From a virus, in IMG/VR virus record IMGVR_UViG_3300025132_000028, positions 1-64,000 of that record: a stretch of DNA of 64,000 nucleotides, one strand, 5' to 3'. The notes under the pieces were generated by a model that saw nothing but the letters and a program-made list of their open reading frames with translations, was not told the DNA's origin and did no database searches. Numbering within the stretch: position 1 is the first letter of the stretch; every line of letters starts with the position of its first letter. Made by a program: the position numbers and the translations under genes. Shown in pieces: positions 48,515 to 57,186 of the stretch.

Positions 48515-50119
48515 ATGGCGAAACTATTTGGTTTTTCAATTGAAGACAAAAAGGGCGATAAAAAGCCTAAAGGCGTAGTCTCCCCTGTCCCCGAAAATAA
48601 CGAGGACGGGGTTGATTACTATATGAGTAGTGGCTTTTATGGTCAGTATGTAGATATTGAGGGTGTCTTTAAAAATGAACAAGACTTAATGCGTAGATAT
48701 CGTGAGATGGCGTTACACCCAGAGTGTGACAATGCTATCGAAGATGTTGTAAATGAAGCAATTGTTTCAGACTTAAACGATTCTCCAGTTGAAATTGAGT
48801 TATCTAATCTTAATGCTAGTGAACCACTAAAGAAAATTATTAGAGAAGAGTTCAAATATATTAAAGATCTTCTATCATTTGATAAGAAGTGTCATGAGAT
48901 ATTCCGTAATTGGTATGTTGACGGAAGAGTTTATTATCATAAGGTAATTGATTTAGATAAACCTTCAGAAGGAATTAAAGAAATCAGGCACATGGATGCC
49001 ATGAAAGTGAAATATATGAGAGTCCTTAAAAAAGAAAAGGGCAATGAGTTGCAAATTGCACAAAATTATGTGCCTGGTAGAAATAATACAATAGCTTTAA
49101 AAGATCCTCAGATCGATGAATTTTTTGCATTTAGTCCTGATAGGAAAGCATATAGTTCAAACGCACAAAAAACAGTCAAAATTGCACCCGATGCTGTAAC
49201 CTATATCACATCTGGATTAGTAGATAGAAATAAACATTTAACACTATCATATCTTCATAAAGCAATCAAGGGTCTTAATCAACTTCGCATGATCGAAGAT
49301 GCACTTGTTATCTACAGATTATCAAGAGCACCCGAAAGAAGAATTTTCTACATTGATGTTGGTAATCTTCCAAAAGTAAAATCTGAGCAATACCTCAGAG
49401 ATGTTATGAATCGTTATCGTAACAAATTAGTTTACGATGCAAACACTGGTGAGATTCGTGATGATCGTAAGCACATGAGTATGCTTGAAGATTTCTGGTT
49501 ACCTCGTCGTGAAGGTGGTAGAGGAACTGAAATCTCTACACTTCCTGGTGGTCAAAATCTTGGAGAACTTGCTGACATTGAATATTTCCAAAAGAAACTA
49601 TATCGTGCACTGAATGTTCCTGAGTCTAGAATTGCTGGAAGTGGTGATGGTTTTAATCTTGGTAGAAGTTCTGAAATTCAAAGAGACGAATTAAAATTCA
49701 ACAAATTTGTTGGACGTTTGAGAAAGAGATTTAGTAATGTATTCCTTGATCTTTTAAAGACACAATTAATTCTAAAAAATATTGTTACTCCAGATGACTG
49801 GGAGGTTCTATCTGAGCATATCCAGTTTGATTACTTAAAAGATAATCATTTCTCTGAACTAAAAGAGAATGAAATGATTACTTCTAGAGTAACATTAGCA
49901 TCTCAAGTAGAACCATATTTGGGTAAGTACTATTCTGTTGAATATGTTAGACGCCATGTTCTTCATCAAACTGATGAAGAAATTAGAGAGATTGATAAAC
50001 AGATTGATCAAGAAATTGAAAATGGAATTCTTCCTGATCCTAATGCTCCAGTCGATGAAATGGGTAATCCCATAGAAGGTGGAGGGGAAGAAATTAACCC
50101 CGAAGGTGGGGAAATATAA
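48515..50119 (+). CDS. gp20: portal vertex protein
   Basis: YRLSRAPERRIFYIDVGNLPK, EDFWLPRREGGRGTEI.TLPGGQNLG. Confidence 0.97.
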   Translation: MAKLFGFSIEDKKGDKKPKGVVSPVPENNEDGVDYYMSSGFYGQYVDIEGVFKNEQDLMRRYREMALHPECDNAIEDVVNEAIVSDLNDSPVEIELSNLNASEPLKKIIREEFKYIKDLLSFDKKCHEIFRNWYVDGRVYYHKVIDLDKPSEGIKEIRHMDAMKVKYMRVLKKEKGNELQIAQNYVPGRNNTIALKDPQIDEFFAFSPDRKAYSSNAQKTVKIAPDAVTYITSGLVDRNKHLTLSYLHKAIKGLNQLRMIEDALVIYRLSRAPERRIFYIDVGNLPKVKSEQYLRDVMNRYRNKLVYDANTGEIRDDRKHMSMLEDFWLPRREGGRGTEISTLPGGQNLGELADIEYFQKKLYRALNVPESRIAGSGDGFNLGRSSEIQRDELKFNKFVGRLRKRFSNVFLDLLKTQLILKNIVTPDDWEVLSEHIQFDYLKDNHFSELKENEMITSRVTLASQVEPYLGKYYSVEYVRRHVLHQTDEEIREIDKQIDQEIENGILPDPNAPVDEMGNPIEGGGEEINPEGGEI

Positions 50120-50122
50120 ATA
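50115..50122 (+). promoter_or_regulatory. T4-type late promoter
   Basis: TATAAATA. Confidence 0.75.
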
Positions 50123-50160
50123 AATATTAGGATTATAATTTTTATATAAAAAATCAAACT

Positions 50161-50451
50161 ATGAAACCTACTGCTGAACTAACTGATATGTTGACTGGCG
50201 GAACTTCTAATACAGAGGTTGCTGACAAGATCAAAGAGCTTTTGTACGCAAAAGCAGCTGAAAAAGTTGACGCTTTCCGTCCTCAAGTTGCCGATACTTT
50301 TTTTGGTCAACCTGAGCAAGAGGAAGAGGGTGAAGCAAGTGCTGAGGTAGAAACTGAAGTTGGCGATGAATCCGAAACTCAAGTAGATGTCGAAGCAAGT
50401 GCGGAAACAGATACTGAAGAAACCGTAACCGATGAAGAGGAAAAAGAATGA
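50161..50451 (+). CDS. small acidic prohead core protein (gp67-like by position)
   Basis: 96 aa, highly acidic tail, directly after gp20. Confidence 0.6.
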   Translation: MKPTAELTDMLTGGTSNTEVADKIKELLYAKAAEKVDAFRPQVADTFFGQPEQEEEGEASAEVETEVGDESETQVDVEASAETDTEETVTDEEEKE

Positions 50452-50717
50452 CTCAACGAGTTAATCTAATTGCAAATGAACAGGCATCGCCAACAACCGC
50501 AGGTACTGCAAGCAGTATCAGTAAAGCAACTTGTGTAAGACTTTACAACCAGACTGGTGCTGATGTTGTTGTTAATGTGAGTGCCACTGTTGGTGCAGCA
50601 AGTACAAATCAATTTACTATGTCAGCAGGTAGGACTGAATTTTTGGAAAAACTATCTACCGATGTTATTTTTACAGGTTCTGCAATTAAAGCAGCAAAGG
50701 TAGGATTTACAAACTAA
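50448..50717 (+). CDS. hypothetical (probably virion) protein
   Basis: 89-aa beta-rich ORF between gp20 and gp21. Confidence 0.75.
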   Translation: MTQRVNLIANEQASPTTAGTASSISKATCVRLYNQTGADVVVNVSATVGAASTNQFTMSAGRTEFLEKLSTDVIFTGSAIKAAKVGFTN

Positions 50718-50722
50718 GAACC

Positions 50723-51370
50723 ATGAAACTAATTAGAGAAGAAATCGAAAATGTAGAAGTCGTAACTGAAGAAGTTAACGGTAAAAAGAAACTACATATC
50801 GAAGGTGTTTTCCTACAGGGTGAAATCAAGAATCGCAATGGACGTATGTATCCAATGAATGTTCTTGATAAAGAAGTATCACGTTACAACGAAGGTTTTG
50901 TAACGAAAGGTCGTGCACTTGGAGAATTAGGGCATCCTGATGGTCCTGTTGTAAACCTTGATCGTGTTTCTCATAAGATTACCTCTCTTGTAAAAGAGGG
51001 TTCAAACTATATTGGAAAGGCGAGAATACTTGATACTCCCATGGGAAAAATAGCAGCTTCTCTTTTAGATGAAGGAGTAAAACTAGGTGTTTCATCTCGT
51101 GGTATTGGTTCTTTAGTCAAGCAAGAAAGTTGCAGTGTAGTCGGTGATGACTTCATCCTTGCAACTGCTGCTGATATAGTAGCAGATCCTTCTGCTCCTG
51201 ATGCTTTTGTTAATGGAGTAATGGAAGGAAAAGAGTGGGTTTGGGAAGGTGGTTCTATTCGCGAAGCAGCTGCTGAAAAGGCAAGAATTGCTATCGAGAA
51301 TGCAGTAACCCAACGAGAATTAGAAGAACAGAAACTCTCAATGTTCAATAATTTTCTCTTAAATCTATAA
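50723..51370 (+). CDS. gp21: prohead protease
   Basis: MKLIREE, NRNGRMYP, ALGELGHP, GVSSRG.GS, DIVADPSAPDAFV. Confidence 0.96.
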   Translation: MKLIREEIENVEVVTEEVNGKKKLHIEGVFLQGEIKNRNGRMYPMNVLDKEVSRYNEGFVTKGRALGELGHPDGPVVNLDRVSHKITSLVKEGSNYIGKARILDTPMGKIAASLLDEGVKLGVSSRGIGSLVKQESCSVVGDDFILATAADIVADPSAPDAFVNGVMEGKEWVWEGGSIREAAAEKARIAIENAVTQRELEEQKLSMFNNFLLNL

Positions 51371-51374
51371 ACTC

Positions 51375-51382
51375 TATAAATA
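51375..51382 (+). promoter_or_regulatory. T4-type late promoter
   Basis: TATAAATA upstream of gp22. Confidence 0.8.
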
Positions 51383-51435
51383 AGTATAGATTAAAACAAT
51401 TTTGTAACAATTTTGTTTTTGTCGGAGAGTAAACA

Positions 51436-52533
51436 ATGTCCGTTGGTAACCAATTAAAAGAAATGGCAGAAAGCGTAGTAACCAAAGGGGCACAATCTGC
51501 AGAACCTATGCAGAAGACCCCCAATTATGTCCCAGGTCAGGCATCTGTAGAAGATCTTGGCGGGCCATCCCCAGAAAATTACAAACCAGATGATGATTCA
51601 GCTAAACTGAAGACTCCATCTGCTGTTGTCGCAAAACCACCAGGAAAACCAGGTGCTAAGGCAGATTCTATGCCAAAAGCTCCTGATTATGCACCTGGTA
51701 AAGGTGGCGCTGACAGTTACAGCACTGGTAGTGGTAAAGCAAAGACTAAGGTTGAAGAGACCGAAGTTGAAGGTGATGTAGTTGAAGAAGAAAAAATCGA
51801 AACTACTGGAGATATTAATATCGATGTCACCGACGACATTAATGCAATGTTTAATGGTGAAGAACTCTCCGAGGAATTCAAAGGTAAAGCAGCAACAATT
51901 TTTGAAGCTGCTGTTCGTGCTAAAGTTAACGAACTTGCAGAGTCTATCGAAAAGCAGTATGCAGATGCAGCTGCTGAAGAAGTCACTGAGTTCAAGACTG
52001 AACTAACAGAAAGAATTGACAGCTACCTTGAGTACGTTGCCAATGAATGGTTCAGTTCTAATCAACTTGCAGTTGAGCACGGACTCAAAACAGAAATGAC
52101 TGAATCATTCCTTAAAGGAATGAAAGGTCTATTTGAAGATCATTATGTATCCATCCCTGAAGATAAATATGATGTACTTGAGGCTTTAAGCGTCAAGTTA
52201 GATGAAATGGAAACAAAACTCAACGAGCAGATTGAAGCTAACGTCACACTTCACTCAAAACTATCTGAGTCTACTAAGGCTGAGATCGTAAGTGAAATAT
52301 CCCGTGGTTTAGCTGAGTCTCAAAAAGATAAACTCGCCTCTCTTGCAGAAGGTGTTGAGTTTGAGAGTGAAAAACAATTTACAGAGAAGTTGAATACTAT
52401 TAAAGAATCTTATTTCTCTAACGGTACAACTACTCAAATTAGTGATCAGGCAGAGGTACCCTCATCGGATAAAGGGGAAACCGCATCTATGTCTGCTTAC
52501 ATCAGAGCACTAGGTAAGTACTCTGGAAAGTGA
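51436..52533 (+). CDS. gp22: prohead core scaffold protein
   Basis: LSEEFK.KAATIFEAAV, YL.YV..EW...N.LAV, IKESYF. Confidence 0.93.
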   Translation: MSVGNQLKEMAESVVTKGAQSAEPMQKTPNYVPGQASVEDLGGPSPENYKPDDDSAKLKTPSAVVAKPPGKPGAKADSMPKAPDYAPGKGGADSYSTGSGKAKTKVEETEVEGDVVEEEKIETTGDINIDVTDDINAMFNGEELSEEFKGKAATIFEAAVRAKVNELAESIEKQYADAAAEEVTEFKTELTERIDSYLEYVANEWFSSNQLAVEHGLKTEMTESFLKGMKGLFEDHYVSIPEDKYDVLEALSVKLDEMETKLNEQIEANVTLHSKLSESTKAEIVSEISRGLAESQKDKLASLAEGVEFESEKQFTEKLNTIKESYFSNGTTTQISDQAEVPSSDKGETASMSAYIRALGKYSGK

Positions 52534-52577
52534 TTTTTATATGATTATACAAACTCAAACATCTCACATTCTCTAAA

Positions 52578-54008
52578 ATGTTAGGCAATGCCAATTACTT
52601 AGAGGAGAAGTGGGCTCCTCTTCTCGACGCTGAAGGCGTTGAGAAAATCTCAGACCCACATAGAAGAGCAGTTACTGCTGCTATTCTAGAGAACCAAGAA
52701 AAAGCACTTAAAGAAGAAGCAGGCTTGCTACAAGAAGCACCTACTTCTGGTTTTGGTGGTGCTCTTTCAGGTGGTGCAGACTTTAAAGGTGGTGCACTTA
52801 CTTCTACTGGTTCACCCACCGCAGGTTTCGACCCAGTTTTAATTTCATTGATCAGAAGATCAATGCCAAACTTGGTTGCTTATGACCTTGCTGGTGTTCA
52901 ACCAATGAACGGTCCTACAGGACTTATCTTCGCAATGAGATCTAAGTTCGTTAATGACGACGGTACACTAGGTAGCGAAGCATTATTCAACGAGCCAGAT
53001 ACAACCTTCTCTGGTTTATCAACCGCTAAGGGACAAACACTTGGTGCAGACTACACTGGTGCTACTGATGGTGGCGCTGCTGTTGGTTTCGGTACTACCG
53101 AGCAACAAGGTGCTAATCCTGGTCTTCTTACTCTTAATGCTGACGGCAAGAGCTACAACGTAGGTCAAGCAATGAGCACTGCTGAGGCAGAAGCACTTGG
53201 TGATGCTGGTAACGCTTTCCGCGAAATGTCATTCAGCATCGAGAAAGTTGCTGTTCAGGCACGTTCAAGAGCGCTAAAGGCAGAGTACAGTTTGGAACTA
53301 GCACAGGATCTCCGCGCTATTCATGGTTTAGATGCTGAGGCTGAACTCGCAAATATTCTCTCAACAGAGATTCTTGCTGAGATCAACCGCGAAGTTATCA
53401 GAACCATCTATAAGTCTGCTGAGGCAGGTGCTCAGAACAACGTTGCAACCGCTGGTGCGTTTGACTTAGACGTTGACTCCAATGGTAGATGGTCAGTTGA
53501 GAAGTTCAAAGGTTTACTTTTCCAAATCGAGAGAGACGCTAACGCGATCGCACAAAGAACTCGTAGAGGAAAGGGTAACATAATCCTATGTTCTTCTGAT
53601 GTTGCTTCTGCATTAACAATGGCTGGTGTATTAGATTACACACCTGCACTTAATGCTAACCTTAACGTTGATGACACTGGTAATACATTTGCTGGTACAA
53701 TCAATGGTAAGTACAGAGTATTCATCGACCCATTCTCAGGTGGTCAGAACGCTTCTGGCGCTCAGTACTACGTTGTTGGTTACAAAGGTACTTCACCTTA
53801 TGATGCTGGATTATTCTACTGTCCTTACGTTCCATTACAGATGGTAAGAGCAGTTGGAGAAAACACATTCCAACCAAAAATCGGGTTTAAGACTCGTTAC
53901 GGTATGGTTTCTAACCCATTTGCTGAAGGCGACAATGCTGGTGCAGGTCGTATCTTCGCTGGTGTTAACAGATACTATAGACGTGTACGTGTTGACAACT
54001 TAATGTAA
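52578..54008 (+). CDS. gp23: major capsid protein
   Basis: EKWAPLL, DPVLISLIRR.MP.L.AYD..GVQPM.GPTGLIFAMR, YCPYVPLQ, FQPKIGFKTRYG. Confidence 0.98.
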   Translation: MLGNANYLEEKWAPLLDAEGVEKISDPHRRAVTAAILENQEKALKEEAGLLQEAPTSGFGGALSGGADFKGGALTSTGSPTAGFDPVLISLIRRSMPNLVAYDLAGVQPMNGPTGLIFAMRSKFVNDDGTLGSEALFNEPDTTFSGLSTAKGQTLGADYTGATDGGAAVGFGTTEQQGANPGLLTLNADGKSYNVGQAMSTAEAEALGDAGNAFREMSFSIEKVAVQARSRALKAEYSLELAQDLRAIHGLDAEAELANILSTEILAEINREVIRTIYKSAEAGAQNNVATAGAFDLDVDSNGRWSVEKFKGLLFQIERDANAIAQRTRRGKGNIILCSSDVASALTMAGVLDYTPALNANLNVDDTGNTFAGTINGKYRVFIDPFSGGQNASGAQYYVVGYKGTSPYDAGLFYCPYVPLQMVRAVGENTFQPKIGFKTRYGMVSNPFAEGDNAGAGRIFAGVNRYYRRVRVDNLM

Positions 54009-54030
54009 GCGAGATGCTTATATTTTTCCA

Positions 54031-54058
54031 AGAGACTCCTTAGGGGGTCTCTTTTTTT
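54031..54058 (+). terminator. intrinsic terminator after gp23
   Basis: AGAGACTCC-TTAG-GGGGTCTCT then T run. Confidence 0.85.
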
Positions 54059-54104
54059 GTCAAGATCTCCTGACACTAAATAATGTTACAGGAGGCTAAG
54101 ACAA

Positions 54105-54281
54105 ATGTTACACTTATTAGGTAAAGGAATTCAACCAGAATGGGATGATGAGAAGCATGATAGAGATGAGGTCTTTGCTTTTCTGTGTTACCGTGGAATT
54201 CACTATGCAAAAACTGTTTATATAGATTTTACGATGGAAGGTCCATCTTGGTTTCTAAGAAATCCTAGAAAGGGGGAGTAG
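54105..54281 (+). CDS. small protein with L.YRG..Y motif (DUF4278-like; 58 aa)
   Basis: ACTAAATA late promoter 54075-54082, GGAGG RBS; MLHLLGKG...FLCYRGIHY. Confidence 0.7.
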   Translation: MLHLLGKGIQPEWDDEKHDRDEVFAFLCYRGIHYAKTVYIDFTMEGPSWFLRNPRKGE

Positions 54282-54360
54282 GCATTTCTTTTTATTAAGA
54301 AATACCCGACTAAGTATAAATTTTTTAGTAAATAGTTATGTGTTTAATTCAAAACAATTC

Positions 54361-54513
54361 ATGCATAATCTAATACCACGCAGCGAATTAGACTCGTGGC
54401 AACACAACAGTAGATCAGACGACGAGACGATCAATGACTACTATGAATGTCTAGTTGAATGCGATTCAAGACAAAACGAATGCAAACGAATATGTAGAGA
54501 AATTCTACAATAA
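54361..54513 (+). CDS. 50-aa Cys-rich protein (C-x3-C-x6-C-x3-C)
   Basis: MHNLIPRSEL...DYYECLVECDSRQNECKRICREILQ; TAAATA 54329-54334 upstream and terminator downstream. Confidence 0.75.
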   Translation: MHNLIPRSELDSWQHNSRSDDETINDYYECLVECDSRQNECKRICREILQ

Positions 54514-54517
54514 ATAC

Positions 54518-54542
54518 AGGGGGTCAAGAGACCTCCTTTTTT
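54518..54542 (+). terminator. intrinsic terminator
   Basis: AGGGGGTC-AAGA-GACCTCCT then T run. Confidence 0.75.
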
Positions 54543-54562
54543 ATGTAATGAAATAAAAGACA

Positions 54563-54718
54563 ATGAAAGTCTTAACTCATCCTCTGACGATCTGTAACCT
54601 AATCATAGTAGGGTCTCTCGTCATGATCGAAACATTCCACATAAGATATCACGATAGAGGGTTGACACAATGTGATGGGTCTGTTATAATGAAAGAGTTG
54701 GACGCAACATGGGAGTGA
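54563..54718 (+). CDS. 51-aa hypothetical membrane peptide
   Basis: MKVLTHPLTICNLIIVGSLVMIETFH...; its 3' half overlaps the downstream promoter. Confidence 0.45.
   Translation: MKVLTHPLTICNLIIVGSLVMIETFHIRYHDRGLTQCDGSVIMKELDATWE
54662..54690 (+). promoter_or_regulatory. consensus sigma70 promoter for the manA-like RNA
   Basis: TTGACA 54662-54667, 17 nt, TGnTATAAT 54682-54690. Confidence 0.85.
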
Positions 54719-54875
54719 CTGAATAAACTTACTGGCAACCGCTAGTTAAGGTGATGAGACACAGGTGGTGCTGCTACGAAAGTAGAACCGATCAACCAAT
54801 CGGGTCTCAGGCAATAACGTTTTTACTTCTGTAGTAATGCCCGTTATTTGTTGGTATACAGGATTCCAACCTCCC
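54711..54875 (+). ncRNA. manA RNA: manA-like structured RNA
   Basis: closing stem GGGAG/CTCCC; stems ACTGGC/GCTAGT, TGAGAC/GTCTCA, CTAC-GAAA-GTAG, CCGAT/ATCGG, AATAACG/CGTTATT, GTTGG/CCAAC; resembles the cyanophage manA motif from recollection and lies upstream of a mannose-metabolism gene. Confidence 0.7.
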
Positions 54876-54902
54876 TCCTTTTTTATTATGGTTTGTTTTC
54901 GT

Positions 54903-54926
54903 AGGGTGGTATGACCACCCTTTTTT
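54903..54926 (+). terminator. intrinsic terminator between manA-like RNA and PMM
   Basis: AGGGTGGT-ATG-ACCACCCT then T run. Confidence 0.75.
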
Positions 54927-54932
54927 AATGCT

Positions 54933-55652
54933 ATGAAGAAATTTATTTTTGATGTAGACGGGACTTTAACAGAAAGTCGAAAACCTATGGACATGGGGTT
55001 CATGGCAGAGTTTATAAAGTTTGAATGTAAATTTGATACCTACTTAGTCACTGGAAGTGATAGAGATAAAACAGTAGAGCAAGTAGGACTTGATGTTTAT
55101 AATCGTGCTGTTAGAGTTTTTAATTGTTCTGGAGCAGACATATATGTAAGAGATAAGAATGTTTATAGATCAAAATGGCAACCACCAAGAAGTTTAGTTA
55201 ATTTTCTTAGTGATGAATTAGATTACAGCACCTTTCCACATAAAACAGGTAATCATATTGAACATAGACCTGGTGGAATAAACTTTAGTATTATTGGAAG
55301 GGGTGATAATAGTATGGAATATAGGAAAGAATATGTAAAATGGGATATTAATACTGATGAAAGAATTAGTATTGCAGATAGAATTATAAATGAGTTCCCT
55401 TATTTAAATATTCAGATAGGTGGACAAACAGGATTAGATATATCAGATAATGATAAGAGCCAGATATTAAAATATTTTAGTCCTTTTGATGAAATACATT
55501 TCTTTGGTGATATGATGAAGGAAGGACAGAACGATTATCCTTTAGCAGAGGCACTAAGGGAATGGGGCGGTTATCCGCACTGTGTTAAAAACTGGGAGGA
55601 TACCCGAACCGAACTCAGAAAATATGTGGAACTTGACACACTTATAGTATAG
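54933..55652 (+). CDS. HAD-family (eukaryote-type) phosphomannomutase
   Basis: FDVDGTLT..R, LVTGSD, IE.R.G.INFSI.GR, GGQ.GLDI, FFGD...G.NDYPL. Confidence 0.85.
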   Translation: MKKFIFDVDGTLTESRKPMDMGFMAEFIKFECKFDTYLVTGSDRDKTVEQVGLDVYNRAVRVFNCSGADIYVRDKNVYRSKWQPPRSLVNFLSDELDYSTFPHKTGNHIEHRPGGINFSIIGRGDNSMEYRKEYVKWDINTDERISIADRIINEFPYLNIQIGGQTGLDISDNDKSQILKYFSPFDEIHFFGDMMKEGQNDYPLAEALREWGGYPHCVKNWEDTRTELRKYVELDTLIV

Positions 55653-55666
55653 TGCTATACTAAATA
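55633..55666 (+). promoter_or_regulatory. overlapping sigma70 and late promoters
   Basis: TTGACA 55633-55638, 17 nt, TATACT 55656-55661; CTAAATA 55660-55666. Confidence 0.75.
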
Positions 55667-55669
55667 ACA

Positions 55670-55756
55670 TTACGAGGACTCGAAAGATCGTAACCCTGCG
55701 TAGAAAAATCACCCTTGTCGGGGGTGACATCATCCGCAGGTTTTTTAGTATCTGCG
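55670..55756 (+). promoter_or_regulatory. structured 5' leader of the OMP-like gene
   Basis: TTACGA/TCGTAA stem with GAAA loop; CCTGCG/CGCAGG enclosing TCACCC/GGGTGA; T6 run. Confidence 0.55.
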
Positions 55757-55773
55757 AGACAAGAAAAAAACAA

Positions 55774-56130
55774 ATGATCAAATCAACAATCGCTGCAGTA
55801 GCAGCATCTCCATTCCTATTCGCTGGTGCAGCCTTTGCTGGTCCATACGTCAATTTGGAAGCAACTGGTTCATACCCTGATGGTTCTTATACATCTGGCG
55901 GACTAGAAGCAGTAGTTGGATATGAAGGAGAAACACCTAGTGGAATTGGTTGGTATGTATCTGGTGGTCCTACAGTGACTCACACAGAAACTACTGATGA
56001 GTTCGGTGATGTAGAATTCATTGGATACCTTGGTGGTTCTTATGATAAGTTCTACGGTGAAATCTCAGGTGTAACTGCAGAAGACGATATCGACTGGGGT
56101 GCTAAAGCAGGTGTGAAGTTCACATTCTAA
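55774..56130 (+). CDS. small outer-membrane beta-barrel-like protein
   Basis: signal peptide ending AAFA, alternating beta strands, C-terminal KFTF. Confidence 0.75.
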   Translation: MIKSTIAAVAASPFLFAGAAFAGPYVNLEATGSYPDGSYTSGGLEAVVGYEGETPSGIGWYVSGGPTVTHTETTDEFGDVEFIGYLGGSYDKFYGEISGVTAEDDIDWGAKAGVKFTF

Positions 56131-56165
56131 ATTAGTAGACAATAATACATCTAGATGTTATAATT

Positions 56166-56189
56166 AGGGTGCGACGGCACCCTTTTTTT
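56166..56189 (+). terminator. intrinsic terminator
   Basis: AGGGTGC-GACG-GCACCCT then T run; GATAAATA late promoter follows at 56199-56206. Confidence 0.85.
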
Positions 56190-56221
56190 ATGTTGTCAGA
56201 TAAATAAAAATAAAAGGCGAA

Positions 56222-56761
56222 ATGTCTACGAATCGGTTTTACGCGAAAGAAATACAGAATAGGAATTATTTGTCCCCAGTAGGGTTCAAGTTTGCACTAA
56301 CAAAATATCCTAAAGTTTCTTTCCTAGCAAATAGAGCAACAATACCAAGTATCCAAGCAGGTACTGCTATCCAACCATCCTACCTTAAGGATGTTAATGT
56401 TCCTGGTGATAAACTAGTATATGATGATTTCCAATTAACATTCATTGTGGATGAGAATATGGAAAATTATATGAGTATTCATAATTGGTTAGTTGGATTA
56501 ACATATCCAGAATCAGTACAACAATTTACTGATCAAATTGCTGGTGATATGAAAAATCAATTTAGTGAAGGAACTTTACTTATTCTTAATAGTAGTTTCC
56601 AAACTCAGACACAGGTTAAATTTAGGGAACTATTCCCAATATCACTAACTCCTCTTGAGTTCTTAGCTGATGAAACTGAAACAAACTACTTTACAGCAAC
56701 AGCATCTTTCAAGTATACTATTTACAATATATTCGCAGCGGACGGTAGAACTCCTTTATGA
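56222..56761 (+). CDS. gp3: tail completion / tube terminator protein
   Basis: NRNYLSP.GFKF, PGDKL.Y..F.L.FIVDE..ENY..IHNW, FP.SL..L.F. Confidence 0.88.
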   Translation: MSTNRFYAKEIQNRNYLSPVGFKFALTKYPKVSFLANRATIPSIQAGTAIQPSYLKDVNVPGDKLVYDDFQLTFIVDENMENYMSIHNWLVGLTYPESVQQFTDQIAGDMKNQFSEGTLLILNSSFQTQTQVKFRELFPISLTPLEFLADETETNYFTATASFKYTIYNIFAADGRTPL

Positions 56762-57186
56762 ATCTAAGTGACATTGAAAAGATGTGGGAGAAAGACTCTC
56801 GTATCGATCCAGATAATTTACATACAGAATCTCAAAATATTCCTTCTTTACATGCGAAGTATCATCAACTTCACAATCAATTTGTGCAACTAAAAATTCA
56901 GGCAAAGACTAAGTATGATAATGTTTACTTAGAACGTCATGTTTATTACTCAGGAAAGGCAGATCCAGAGATCTATGAGAAAGAACCTTTCCCGTATAAA
57001 GTTAGAGATAAAGAAGCAATGGACAGATATATGAGGGCAGATGATAAAGTTGCTCTTGCACAACAGAAAATATCTCTCTATGAAATGATCATTAAATACC
57101 TTGAGGATATTATCAAATGTATCCATAATAGAAGTTATCATATCAATAATTCTATTGAGTGGCACAAGTTCCAAGGAGGATTCTAA
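56758..57186 (+). CDS. uvsY: recombination mediator
   Basis: W.KDS.ID...L..ES..IP.LHAKY, Y..AD, R...I.N.IEW.KF. Confidence 0.9.
   Translation: MNLSDIEKMWEKDSRIDPDNLHTESQNIPSLHAKYHQLHNQFVQLKIQAKTKYDNVYLERHVYYSGKADPEIYEKEPFPYKVRDKEAMDRYMRADDKVALAQQKISLYEMIIKYLEDIIKCIHNRSYHINNSIEWHKFQGGF

Noticed and set aside
54361-54513. CP12 assignment for the Cys-rich microprotein
   Set aside because: Lacks the AWD.VEEL core and the C-terminal C...P...EC..Y pattern
54746-55003. Minus-strand ORFs over the manA-like RNA and over the OMP leader (55554..55853)
   Set aside because: Antisense to well-supported features, no homology cues
54009-56221. tRNA genes in the accessory island
   Set aside because: No cloverleaf with a GTTCRA T-loop found by eye; tRNAscan-SE would be decisive
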